Assembly: GCA_000091205.1 (NCBI GenBank)
Contig: AP006497.2
Direction: 5' to 3' (one strand)
Origin: Cyanidioschyzon merolae
Lineage: Eukaryota
Length of the DNA: 64,000 nucleotides
In this document: positions 9,601 to 19,100 of the stretch, one piece after another
Layout: every line of letters begins with the position of its first letter
Position numbering within the stretch: the first letter of the stretch is position 1
The notes under the pieces: generated by a model
Databases searched by the model: none
Told to the model about the DNA's origin: nothing
What the model saw: the letters and a program-made list of their open reading frames with translations, nothing else
Translations under genes and position numbers: made by a program

Positions 9601-12600
9601 GCTCGAGTTTTTGGCCAACGCTGGTGTACAGGCGGCGCGCTGGCTCGCAGTCGGAGCGATTGAGCCGGTCGATGTGCCCGCTGCGCTCGCACTGCTGGAC
9701 ACGTGCTCTGCAAACCTGGGTGTCGCTGGTACAACTGCACTCTTGGAGCATTTATTCAGAGCCTGCGCAACGGATGCAACCTGGTCGGCCCAGTTGCGGC
9801 AACAAACGCGGCGCTTGCTGCACCAGATCGTGCACGAGCATCCCGAAAACGATCATCGAGAGCACCTCCTGGACCGCCACACTGCTCAACTGGTTGCGAC
9901 CTGTATACGACTACTGAAACCGCTCGACGATTCCGACTGGTGCGTGGTTGAACCGTTGTGGGCAGTATCCAAGGCGTCGACGGGTCTCGCAGTCATCCGA
10001 GCGCTCCTCGACGCCTTGCAGGAGCGGGCGACGGACGCAAGCATACCCCAAGCACCGTTGTCGCGCCCGCTTATCACAGCGCTGATCGCGGCCTGCCGCT
10101 GGCTCGCCACCGGACCAACGGAGCAGCCAGCGTTCACGCTCGTTGTACCACGCTCATGGTTAGTGGACCTGCTCCAAAGCAGTGCCTTCCACGCAGACAA
10201 CCAGAAGAGCTTGTGGTTACTGGAGGCTATCGACCTCGGACGTCTTGACTGGAAACCAGAGCCTCCTGCTGCATCCAATGAACACGTATCGACAACACCA
10301 ACAACAGCGACACGCTCCGATTCAGACCCATGGATGAGGTTCATTCAAGAACAGTTCGACCTGGCATGCAGCGGGACGCTCGATACGAATCGCCTCAGCT
10401 GTGTGCTGTGCGTGGCGCTCAGAGATGGAACAGCGCGTGCAGCGCTCCAAGCGCGCCACGTGGCAGCACTGCTGAACGCCAACAAAGCATCGACATGCAC
10501 GCATGTGCCGCAGGGTGATCACCAGCGATGGCGGCGACACGCAGCGCGCCTCCTGATCCAGTGCCTGCACGATGCGGGCACGCGTGGATCGGGGCTCCAC
10601 GGCGAGCTCCTGGAGGCGCTCCTGGGAGCTCTCTGCCAGCACCATGAATGGCTCCCTGCATCGGAACGGCCTGCGTATCGGGTGACGGTTGTCAGGGGCC
10701 TGGTGTGTTATGCGCAGAGCCTTCGGAGCGGGGACGCTGTGCACGCGATGTGGAACGTGGTATGCTTGACCGCGAGTCGCGATCTGCCTTTGGATGCAGT
10801 GCGCGATCTGTTTAGGGAGGTCATTGGGCAGGATGAGGCTGCGCTAGAGCCGGTGTTTCGGGCGCTTCGTGATGCGCGGCGCATACGCGCTGGTACGCTG
10901 GCGCCTGTGCACGCTCCGGGGGCAGCTCGGCGAGGCGATGCGACGCTGTCCGAGCATCGCTCGTCATTGTCGTCGTCGTCGTCGTCGTCGTCAACAACAA
11001 CAACAACAACAGCAACATCGCCGGTATCCGCAACTGCGATGGATCGCTTATGGCTACAGCTGTTGCAGGATGCGGCGGCTTGTGCGCCGAGGCACGTGCG
11101 CCGGCTGCTCTCGGAAGCGTCCGGGATTGCGCCGGCGGTACTCCAGCGTCTGCCTGAGTATCTGGATATGGGGCGCGTCTTCGGAAATGACAGCACCGAA
11201 GATATATTGAGCTTTTTAGAGACGCGGCATTTGCCAGTAGCGCTTGTGCAACACCTGGTGACGCAAGTATGGCCCTTGACGCGCATTCGTGAAGCGCTTG
11301 AGAAACGCGCACAGCCAGTCGTCATGGCGATTCTGGTGGAGCATCTGGTACGCGTGGCGCGGGCGGATGTACCGCGCAAACAGCATCACCAACGTCGGGA
11401 GCTGCAGGAGACGTTACGGGTGCTCGGCCGGCTCTTGCTGGAACAAAACGCTGATCCTGTGCTGGTGCGGCGCTGGCTCGAGCATCCGTATACGCGGACG
11501 CTGGGGCCGGGTATGTTGCCGCTGCTGGCCGCACATGCGGATCCTGTTTGTGTCGCATGCGCTGTTCGGACGTTTGGGCACAAAATGGTACCGCATTTGC
11601 CGCGCGTGTTGGCGCACTGGCCAGCACCGCCTGTTGTGCAAGCGCTCCTGGAGACGCTTCCCGAGTTCGTATCAGCGCCGTACATCCGCCAGCTTTGGGC
11701 GAGCATGTCGGAAAGCTTTCCCGACGATCGGGAGGCGGCAGCGATGCGTTCGCTGCTGGTTGAAGCGGCTCCACCGATGTCGATCCTGGAAGCGCTGAAA
11801 GCGGAAACGCAGCACCTGGCATGTTTGAGCGGCTGGAAAATGATGCACACGGAACCGTTCCAGAGTTTAACAGCGGCGCTTTCGAGCTGGGATTCAACTT
11901 TGGTCCAGCGCTCTTCCGAGCAAATTTTAGCTGTGATCTGGCGAGGTCTGGAAAGTCGTGAACGCATCATGATGAAAGCATTCTATGCAGGACGCGAAAC
12001 AGAGCCGTCCATAAGCGAGCAGCTCGAGCAGCTCGAGACGCATTGTATGGAAGCGTTGGTTACCATGGTGCTGGTGCTGCCACACCCGGCTTGTGGCGAG
12101 ATCCTCTACCGCAGCTTGCTCTGGTGCCAGTCGTTCGCAGCGGATGAGGACAGCGCGGGCGGAGATATCGCTAGCGAGCGCCCAGCGCGTCCGACAAAAC
12201 GACAACGAAGCAGCAGCAGCAGCAGCAGCAGCACTAGTAGTAGTAGTACTATCGGTAGTGACCCTGATGAAGCAGCACCTCTTGGAAGAGCGCACATGCG
12301 TCGCGCGTCTCATTGGCGACGCATCGTCTGGTTCAAACTTATAACAAAGTTCGCATCGCGTCTCGGTAGTCGCTTCCAGGAGTATGTCGAACTCGTCTGG
12401 GATACGATTGCGGAACACGCTCAGCTGGACGCGGCTGGTGCGGCGACACCAGACCCGACGCCCAGCGAGGCGGCTGAGGTACGAGTTGCAGCGCTCGAGA
12501 CGCTTGCGGTGTGCCTCGAAGCAGCGACACCATCGTGTGCGCAACTATCGAGCTCGCAATGCGAAACATGTCTGGATATCCTCGCCCAGTGGCTGTCCGA

Positions 12601-13012
12601 GGCGCACATGGCATCGCCGGTGGCAGCCACTGCCCTAGAGCGTCTGGTAGCGGCGCTGGCGCGCAGCGGCCTGTCCCAGCGAGTCACAACAGTGTCGACG
12701 ACGTCCGGCACGTCTTCGCCGCTGGTGCGCCTCGGACGTCTCATTCTGGTCATGCCTGAGGTTCGTCGAGTGCCGGCTTCGTCGGCAGCGGCAGCCTTGC
12801 GCTTACGGGTGCGCCTGGTGCGCGTCCTCATCGAAACGCTGGACGAGGCGTATCTGCCGCCGCTGCTGCCGCGAACCCTATCGTGGCTCGCCGAAGTGCT
12901 CGATAACCCCGACAGTGCCGTTGAAGAGATGGCACGAGATATTGCAAACCGCCTGAGTCGAATTTCGGGCGAAGATATCTTGACGCAGTTGCGCGAAACG
13001 CCAGCGATTTAG
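6632..13012 (+). CDS. UTP10: U3 snoRNP / SSU processome HEAT-repeat protein UTP10 (HEATR1), 2126 aa
   Basis: N-terminus MSRLQEQLRII is colinear with the HEATR1 N-terminus MTSLAQQLQRL. The block YFTTRPGQKCVEWLLRAH...VVAALPY matches HEATR1 YFLLKPAQKCLEWLIHRF...IACVLPY. The C-terminal HEAT repeat LPRTLSWLAEVLDNPDSAVEEMARDIANRLSRISGEDI matches the BP28CT end. The maximal ORF begins at 6479 inside the minisatellite, so I chose the first Met that aligns with homologs. Confidence 0.85.
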   Translation: MSRLQEQLRIIREREEAHRILGASRCTVLFPDETIASRVSWSELAALARNGLEQLIKFDQRFASFLDSDLFHHRYVIEGATALPALDRGQESAAANAETQQLIQHFCYLLVPYFTTRPGQKCVEWLLRAHSAGALDPASLVVAALPYIGTEAFERLVAALHLAQHGVAKVRWHWLERVHSLDHLVEQSSELNWFVPFLLDTAEALVRARVSAEGWHRLLLCYGSTLVAKHPLRAGSVIRLVTLSLSRVGQAAERDKHLWQAFWYAALGMLVAAYRAVGAAVRSDVFSATVRALLRLYVRTRTWYSGDPAWCRRLTLVLANLYAGSPHQPFPHECLETLSSCTDEWYRVLGALDASETESLRTAYSLALLEYCWHQQDADDDCWHQLVARLPPSPSGCSALIGRLLELFDATVASESADATKVHSAADAQMMRSQRMMDASTETRASLSADHANANLETPGSPCSATEMQAPAEWHETTSHGPEVLLSKVSCKRGGRTTTHPPSDSDADRERFRSAAPTTETASSTLAATPSGSLDAKHRAQPAGMLPGTRAPSASALTRATVEPGDASAADAASGARVVSAGIGAEAPPEDTSTAPHSLRRRQVPSEVAALDRSQRILRPLVAHVDPVTFWEALYAHERRFRGRARSWTLLCERCIAASSPLRSLQHPDPRVRTRTLHALSQAPSAVQEQALPIILELLQQPNGFEDDVQRALCAPDDATCGDVLWLRDQLVRVGAPALESLLPRAMLLYLRAVGACPVRALVRCYRLASRYRHGMSASPKEADEIHSRGLAEGVIVWEAAFEQLCAHWKLAPETNAERAARRAEPAEMWFRRLGERFGRSRGAEAFTALLEQLVDLTMNEDENGVTACTLLLEWLRTGADLLDEVTIWRFLASIVHRLAAVHWLAPVSRILHTLNDRLAQTKPITDPMLVMPHVQRILEAIASVLARAPHPSAITVLAETFIWLATQSSPMECEAVCYALQLDTYREQVLEFLANAGVQAARWLAVGAIEPVDVPAALALLDTCSANLGVAGTTALLEHLFRACATDATWSAQLRQQTRRLLHQIVHEHPENDHREHLLDRHTAQLVATCIRLLKPLDDSDWCVVEPLWAVSKASTGLAVIRALLDALQERATDASIPQAPLSRPLITALIAACRWLATGPTEQPAFTLVVPRSWLVDLLQSSAFHADNQKSLWLLEAIDLGRLDWKPEPPAASNEHVSTTPTTATRSDSDPWMRFIQEQFDLACSGTLDTNRLSCVLCVALRDGTARAALQARHVAALLNANKASTCTHVPQGDHQRWRRHAARLLIQCLHDAGTRGSGLHGELLEALLGALCQHHEWLPASERPAYRVTVVRGLVCYAQSLRSGDAVHAMWNVVCLTASRDLPLDAVRDLFREVIGQDEAALEPVFRALRDARRIRAGTLAPVHAPGAARRGDATLSEHRSSLSSSSSSSSTTTTTTATSPVSATAMDRLWLQLLQDAAACAPRHVRRLLSEASGIAPAVLQRLPEYLDMGRVFGNDSTEDILSFLETRHLPVALVQHLVTQVWPLTRIREALEKRAQPVVMAILVEHLVRVARADVPRKQHHQRRELQETLRVLGRLLLEQNADPVLVRRWLEHPYTRTLGPGMLPLLAAHADPVCVACAVRTFGHKMVPHLPRVLAHWPAPPVVQALLETLPEFVSAPYIRQLWASMSESFPDDREAAAMRSLLVEAAPPMSILEALKAETQHLACLSGWKMMHTEPFQSLTAALSSWDSTLVQRSSEQILAVIWRGLESRERIMMKAFYAGRETEPSISEQLEQLETHCMEALVTMVLVLPHPACGEILYRSLLWCQSFAADEDSAGGDIASERPARPTKRQRSSSSSSSSTSSSSTIGSDPDEAAPLGRAHMRRASHWRRIVWFKLITKFASRLGSRFQEYVELVWDTIAEHAQLDAAGAATPDPTPSEAAEVRVAALETLAVCLEAATPSCAQLSSSQCETCLDILAQWLSEAHMASPVAATALERLVAALARSGLSQRVTTVSTTSGTSSPLVRLGRLILVMPEVRRVPASSAAAALRLRVRLVRVLIETLDEAYLPPLLPRTLSWLAEVLDNPDSAVEEMARDIANRLSRISGEDILTQLRETPAI

Positions 13013-13188
13013 GTCTCGAAACGCGACGAGTACCGGTGAGCCGACGATGAAGTGGAAAACGCATGATGCTTCTGCGTGATCGACGGTTGCCAGGTACCGA
13101 TGCTATACGACGTGTACCCAGACACAAGTAGTGCATCCAGTGTTGTCGAGTTCAGCGCCGGCTGTGGCTCGCGAGCACCTCGGCTGTA

Positions 13189-14157
13189 TTAGACACGCGC
13201 GAGCATCCACGGGTTTGCACCAGCACCAGCATCCGCGTATATGTCTTCATGAATGCCGCCAATGGCGAGTCGCCACGCCTCCAACAGAAGCGTCACCAGC
13301 ATGGCAGCGGCGAGCGCATCCAACGCCACCTGGCTGAGCGTCCAACGCGTGGCAGATGCAGGCCGCTTCTTCCCCTGTGCCGGTCGACGGTATTCGTCGA
13401 AGCGCACCGCCGGCACCTCATCCTCGTCTATTCGATAGTACATCGGAAATGAGACGACAAAGTAAAGTCCGTAGAATGCGGATCCGATCCATACCATACG
13501 CCTCCAGTCTCGGAAACGGTAATGCGGAAACGCGGCAATGGTGACGGTTTCCGCGAAAGCGGTGCCGTACGCGAGCACCAACACGACCAGGACTCGCTGA
13601 AGACGCGTCCAGCGCTGCGATCCGAGCCTCAGCACCAACGTCACAAGCGTATGGTACATGCAAAAGTACGGCTGTGTGGCTAGATAACAGGGTATGGGTA
13701 CGTCATTGAGCCGCCAGCTTGGAAAGGTGTACTCGGCGCCGAGCAACCGGTAGAAATAGTGCGTCCATAAATAGTTCCCGATGAATCCGAAGACCCCGTT
13801 CCAGACGTTCGCTTTGAAGATGAAGCGCTCCTGCCAGGGCAAGGTGCGGTCGGGTGTTCCCGGGAACAGCACCGGCGGCAGCACGCACACCAGCGCCATA
13901 GCCAGTGACACGAGTGCGTAACCGAGTGCGTCTAGTCGCTGGTACCAGCCGGTGGCAACGACCGCACCTAGCAAAAAGCCGACGGCAACCGGGCAAACGA
14001 GCAGGAGATAGCGTTCGGCCCAGGCCTTGGACGGGTTCCGTGCCCAGACAGGCATCCGGACGTTGAACGACTGTTGGTGCTGGTCGTAGACAACGAACGT
14101 CGTGCTGCTGCTGCTGTTGTTGTTGTTGTTGCGGACGTTTGTTCGCTGCAAGGACAA
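13189..14157 (-). CDS. Polytopic membrane protein, cycloeucalenol cycloisomerase (CPI1)-like
   Basis: A 322-aa ORF with at least 6 hydrophobic helices. The block KANVWNGVFGFIGNYLWTHYFYRLLGAEYTFPSWRLNDVP resembles, from memory, the conserved core of plant CPI1. It has an N-terminal poly-N/poly-S tract encoded by (GTT)n(GCT)n. The family assignment comes from recall and not from a search. Confidence 0.45.
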   Translation of the reverse strand: MSLQRTNVRNNNNNSSSSTTFVVYDQHQQSFNVRMPVWARNPSKAWAERYLLLVCPVAVGFLLGAVVATGWYQRLDALGYALVSLAMALVCVLPPVLFPGTPDRTLPWQERFIFKANVWNGVFGFIGNYLWTHYFYRLLGAEYTFPSWRLNDVPIPCYLATQPYFCMYHTLVTLVLRLGSQRWTRLQRVLVVLVLAYGTAFAETVTIAAFPHYRFRDWRRMVWIGSAFYGLYFVVSFPMYYRIDEDEVPAVRFDEYRRPAQGKKRPASATRWTLSQVALDALAAAMLVTLLLEAWRLAIGGIHEDIYADAGAGANPWMLARV

Positions 14158-16176
14158 TGCATTGCAGGGATTGGATAGATGGACGGATGGATGAAGGGTT
14201 TCATAGGATCCATCGATGCCCGTGAACTAGTGTACGCTGGATCATTTGTGGATGCTCTTGATAGACCCCGGGTATTGATTCACTTGGTTAGAGGTCGATT
14301 GCCGAGTCATCGATGGAGATCGAGCACCACTCAGAACCTCTGTTGGTGTCGGTTCCGCGAGCTCACCCTGTATACCACGTTTCGCTAGCATATGCACTGA
14401 CAACACGGTGCTCTCGGAGTGCATATGAAACCGCTGACGCCTGGTTCCTGCTCTGAGCCGTCCATATCGTCGCTTCGCTATGGGACGAACGCGGAGTCGA
14501 TATCGACCCAGCGGGACGTTGCCTGGGGTGTCTGCGCCTCGGTCGCTGCTGCTCGCAGTGCAGTGCTCGTAGCGCTCGTACGGCAGTACGTCTGGGACGG
14601 GTTACGTTCGTGCGTGGCGCAGACGTGGTATCGGTGCTCGTGTGTGTGTATGACGGTGAAAAGAACGCGCTTGACGTCCAGATGGTGCTTTACAGTGCAT
14701 GACGCCAGGAGGTACGCTCGATGCTCCTGAGGTCGTCGCGCCAACCGACGCAGGATTACCGACTCGGTTCATGGAGTGTCCGGCTGGATGCGTACTCTGG
14801 AAGGAACAACACCCGAGTCAGAATGAAATGGAGCAGGTCCTCGAACGGGAGCGCAAACGCACATGTTTGAGCATCGTCTCGTTGTCCTGCATCGCGAACG
14901 TTTTCCGGCTTTTCCCGGTACGGATTCATGCGTCTCTTGTCCCTTACTTCGGGGCGTCAACTACGCGAGCCCTCTCATGCCGCCAGCGCCGTTACCTGCA
15001 GTCGAAAGACGATCGTGGAAGCGTGATCCTTCCGATATTGCCGATTTTTCGGCTGCTGTGGACGCGTTTCATGCACAGGCGGAGTACCCGACCTGCGCTT
15101 TGCTGGTCATTTTCATCCTGATGAGTACCGCCTCGGTGCACGCTCTACAGTCGTCATCGTCGACTGTGGTCAGGTATTCCCGTAGTAGATCGATCAAACT
15201 GCCTCCGGAGAGCGCTCGTTTGGTTATTCGGCAGAGAGGCCCCTGACGCGTACGGTAAGCTCGCCTCGATGTGCGCTTTCGTCTCCGTGCCCAGTGCCGT
15301 ACGCTAGGATCACGGGCTTGTTCTGGGCAATGCCCTCAGCGAGCAGACGACGCACTGTAATCACACATGTGATCCCTGGGCCATTCGATAGAGGATTCTG
15401 CAGAACGCAATATCTTCCGTGATGCATCGTAGAGCGCAAGGAAAATCCAGGTCGCGGATGCAGTTGAGAAATGTCGATAACGTTGACGCTGGTGCCATGC
15501 AAACCAGTGATGCATTCGGCACATCCAAGTGACCGCCATCATGACTCACATCCGAATCCGATATACGTTTTCATTGAAAAAGAACAGGCATGAGCCTCCT
15601 GTACCCGAATCGGATGCTCTTGTCGTCGAGTCCCGTTTCGTCGATGACAGCCCAGAGAGGATGATGTATCTTTCTAACGGAATCAGTAGTTGGACAAGTT
15701 GCGTGATCTTGCTCTGAACCGCACCTGAAAAGGAATTCGTCAAGCGACGTTGTCGAAGAGCGTGCCGCGAAACCCAACCATCGAAACCTCGAAACATGCG
15801 TTATTCCAGCGTGCTCCAAGAAAAAGCACGGTATAGATTCTGGAGTAGTAGATATGATTTGGATCATGATATTCGTGGGTTCACGAACGACATTTCGAAG
15901 GTGTTCGGTGCTGCGATGATTCCGGTGACGTGACGAGTTCCGGTGCCAATGAGTCCACGGAGATACATCTGAGGTTCGATCAAGAACCATGAAACGAAAT
16001 ATGCGTCTGGAACACCACATACCTATACTTTGATTGTCTAGGTTTTCATACAAAATTTTGCAAAGAGGAGCAAGATCGAACCATGCTGTTTCCTTTTTGT
16101 CATCTGCGACGGTGGTACTCCTGCTCTGCATTGTTGTGATCGTTGTTGTCGACATCGACGGCGACAAGTTGCTTGT

Positions 16177-19100
16177 TTACGCGTTGCGCTGGCGGTGCGC
16201 GCGCAAACGAGCCAGACGTTCACGTATCTGTTGAGTTTGCAGCGTAGGTGCACTGGTTGGTGGTGGTGGCGATGCTTCACTGCGTGGTGCTGCTGTTCCA
16301 GATGACGGAAGCGCTTCTAATGGAGTTGCAGGCGCGATAAGTGGAATCCGCTCCCAGTCTGTGTCCTGACGAGCCAACGCGTCCACAAGGCGAACGAGGA
16401 AAGGCTGCACAGCTACGGGAACGAGTCGCAAGTGACTGCGAACGGTGTCGATACCGCAGTGGTGGCAGAGTGCGCGAACCAAAAGACGGGCTTCGTCGCA
16501 GGTCTGTTGCACCCGATCTGCCGGCAAAGTGGCACACATCGTAAACAGTACGTGCAGTTCGTAGAGAAGCAGGTCCAAGTGTGTTTCCAGTAAAGGCGAG
16601 GTCGCACCAGTGACAGTTTTTTCAGTATTCGGGCCACTTGTGAGCACCTGGTTGCAAAGGCGATGTAAACACTTTTGCAGCATGACGATGCGGCTGGGCG
16701 TGGTTTCTTTCGAGGACGTTGGCGCTTGTGACACGGGCACTGTCTGGACGGAGCGCACCGCCGCACGAAGCGCCCGAACCAGCGCTCTGCTTAATACAAG
16801 CACGGGCGCGTGCTCCAGCGTCTTCAGCATGAGCAAGTTGTAGGCGCGGAGTAGCTGGGGTCCCTCAGGATACGCGGGTACTCGATGATCAAGAAGGCGA
16901 TCACAGACTTCAGTGATGAGTAGCTCCAGCGCCGCGAGAGAGAGCAGGCAAGCGAGTTCTCGTTTCATGATCAAGTGCATGAGCGCGTTGAGTAAGTACT
17001 TGACGATGCGCATTCCAGCAGCGTCGACTGGCGATGCCTCGGCTGCTGCAGCCAGCACCGACCGTATGCCTTGCGTCAGACCGAGGCACAGGTCTGCAGC
17101 GTGATGCTGGAGTGAGCGTTCCTGACCTGCTTTCATCATCGCTGAAAGCTCCTTGGCCGCCTGAATTCGTTCCTCTGCCGACGCTGACTCGCCGAGCAGC
17201 GTATGGCTGAGTCGTCGGACCTGCTGCTCGGCGGAATCCGCAGCAGCAGCAGCGCCAGAAGCAGCAGCACCAGAAGCAGCGACTGCTGTTGCGGTGACGC
17301 CTGCGCCAGCGGCGGGCACTGCGGTACGTCTCCAAAAACGACCTTCCGGGAGGCACGGGGTCGGTGCGATCGGCGGCTCGAAGCTGGTGTGCCTGTTTGC
17401 CGTCTCATCGAGACGGATGGCGCGCTCTGGGGGCAGCTGCAGGGACGGCACTGCAGACAGCGCTCGAGGCTCGCTCAATCCATCGATTGGTGGCTGCACG
17501 GGCCTCCGCCCGGTTGGCACCTGCGAGTCCAAGGCCGCTGTGCCCGTACCTACCACCACAGCGGTGTCTGCTTTGGCCCGAGCGAGCATCGCAGCAAATT
17601 GGGTATCACTGTGTTGCATGTCGGCGTCGAGTTGGAAGGCGTCCCTGCTGACCGGGACTGCTCCCAATGGGCTGCCATCACCAGCATTCAGGGTGTCTGC
17701 CTGCTCCGCATGCAAACGTCGCTCAGAGACATCGGATGCAGGTGTCTGCGGGGCCGATGCACCCCCCGGGGACGCCTGCGGAGACGACACAATGGAGCGA
17801 TTCGATCGTGCCGGTGACATGCTCCGAAACTTTTCAGTTCTGGTGAGAACGTCTTTGCGAACTTGTTCGTTGCTGATATCCCGAATTTGAGCTGCGATTG
17901 GAGCGTACCCAATGAGCCGAACGATAACTTCAACAAGTCGCTCTGCGAGCTGTCTCACGTGGCCATTTTTATCGCGAAAGCAGAGCAGGACCGGCTCCAG
18001 CACGAGGCGAGCTTCTGCCTCAGAGGGTGTTCTCTGCTCAGCGCCGCGAGACCAGCGTTCACATAGCCACTGCAGTGTCTCGAGACGAGCGGCGGGCAGC
18101 TCGAGGCTCAACGCTGCTGCGATGTAGCGCGCGAAGCTTGGCCTGCTATCTGTGTTATCACGTTCTACAGCAGGATACCACGCGCTCATGCACTGTAAAG
18201 CTGCCTCGCGTACCATTCTCTTGTTGTCGTTGACTCCATGCTGAATGACGGAACCCAGAAACAGGCGTAGAATCGAGTCATCCGCTCCGGGTAGTCGTTG
18301 CGTCTTCATACTTTCCACCGTTGCTTCGCCCAGGTGCGTGAGCACGTTCAGCGCGCATACCCCGAGGTTACGGTTTGTATCCGCAATGCGACTGGCTAGT
18401 GCTTTGAGTAGCTCAGGCGAGATGGTGCGAATATCCACCACAAGATCCGGCTCGGCGAGCTTTCGAAGTAAATCCTGGAGAGCCTCTTGGCGTAGTTTCC
18501 AGTTCGCGCTCTCCAGGTTTCGAAGCACGGGCTGGATCCGATCCAACACGAGCGTCCTTGTGGTGCCAGAGTGCCGTTCAGCGGGTGATGACCAAGCAGT
18601 CGAACCACAATTCGTTGGCATGCTGGACATGGTGCAGTTCGTGTAGCGCGACCCGCGTACCGACTTGAGCGGATTCTGCTCAGAACCTGCACCAGATTTT
18701 TCGACATCACCGCTCATGGGACCGTTGCAGTTCACCACTGATGGTGCGGCATTTTCCTGATCCAAATGTTCCAGTTGTGCCCGATAAGCGGCAGGAATAC
18801 CGAGTTCGACGAGTCCGCGCTGCATCTCAGTGCCATATTTGCTTCGTACAAGCGAAGCAATGACTCGCAAAACAACATCAGCACAAGCTGGTGGCTGCTC
18901 CGGAAGCAGCGGTCTGGTCATGTCGAGCACAGCTCCCATGGGCAACGAGTCCATTCCGAAACGCTCTACCAGCTGGTACTGAATGAATTCCAACGCCAAG
19001 ATTCGAGCACGTAAATCCGGAATATCCCTGCATACTCGTTCGAAACAGGCGAACACAAGAGCGGGCGTCCCCAAGCTCGCTAGTTCGAGTAGAAGCTGGG

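Noticed and set aside
10708-12544. Long antisense ORFs inside UTP10 (10708..11379, 11386..11970, 11927..12544 on the minus strand) and similar ones inside the TOG and NOC2 genes
   Set aside because: They are typical GC-rich antisense open frames. The sense strand has a full-length colinear homology to conserved proteins, and the antisense translations are Arg/Ala/Ser-rich low complexity.
15571-16167. 198-aa ORF immediately downstream (same strand) of the TOG gene stop
   Set aside because: It lies in low-GC sequence that is more plausibly the TOG 3' UTR or intergenic. It has no recognisable domain, so I left it uncalled.
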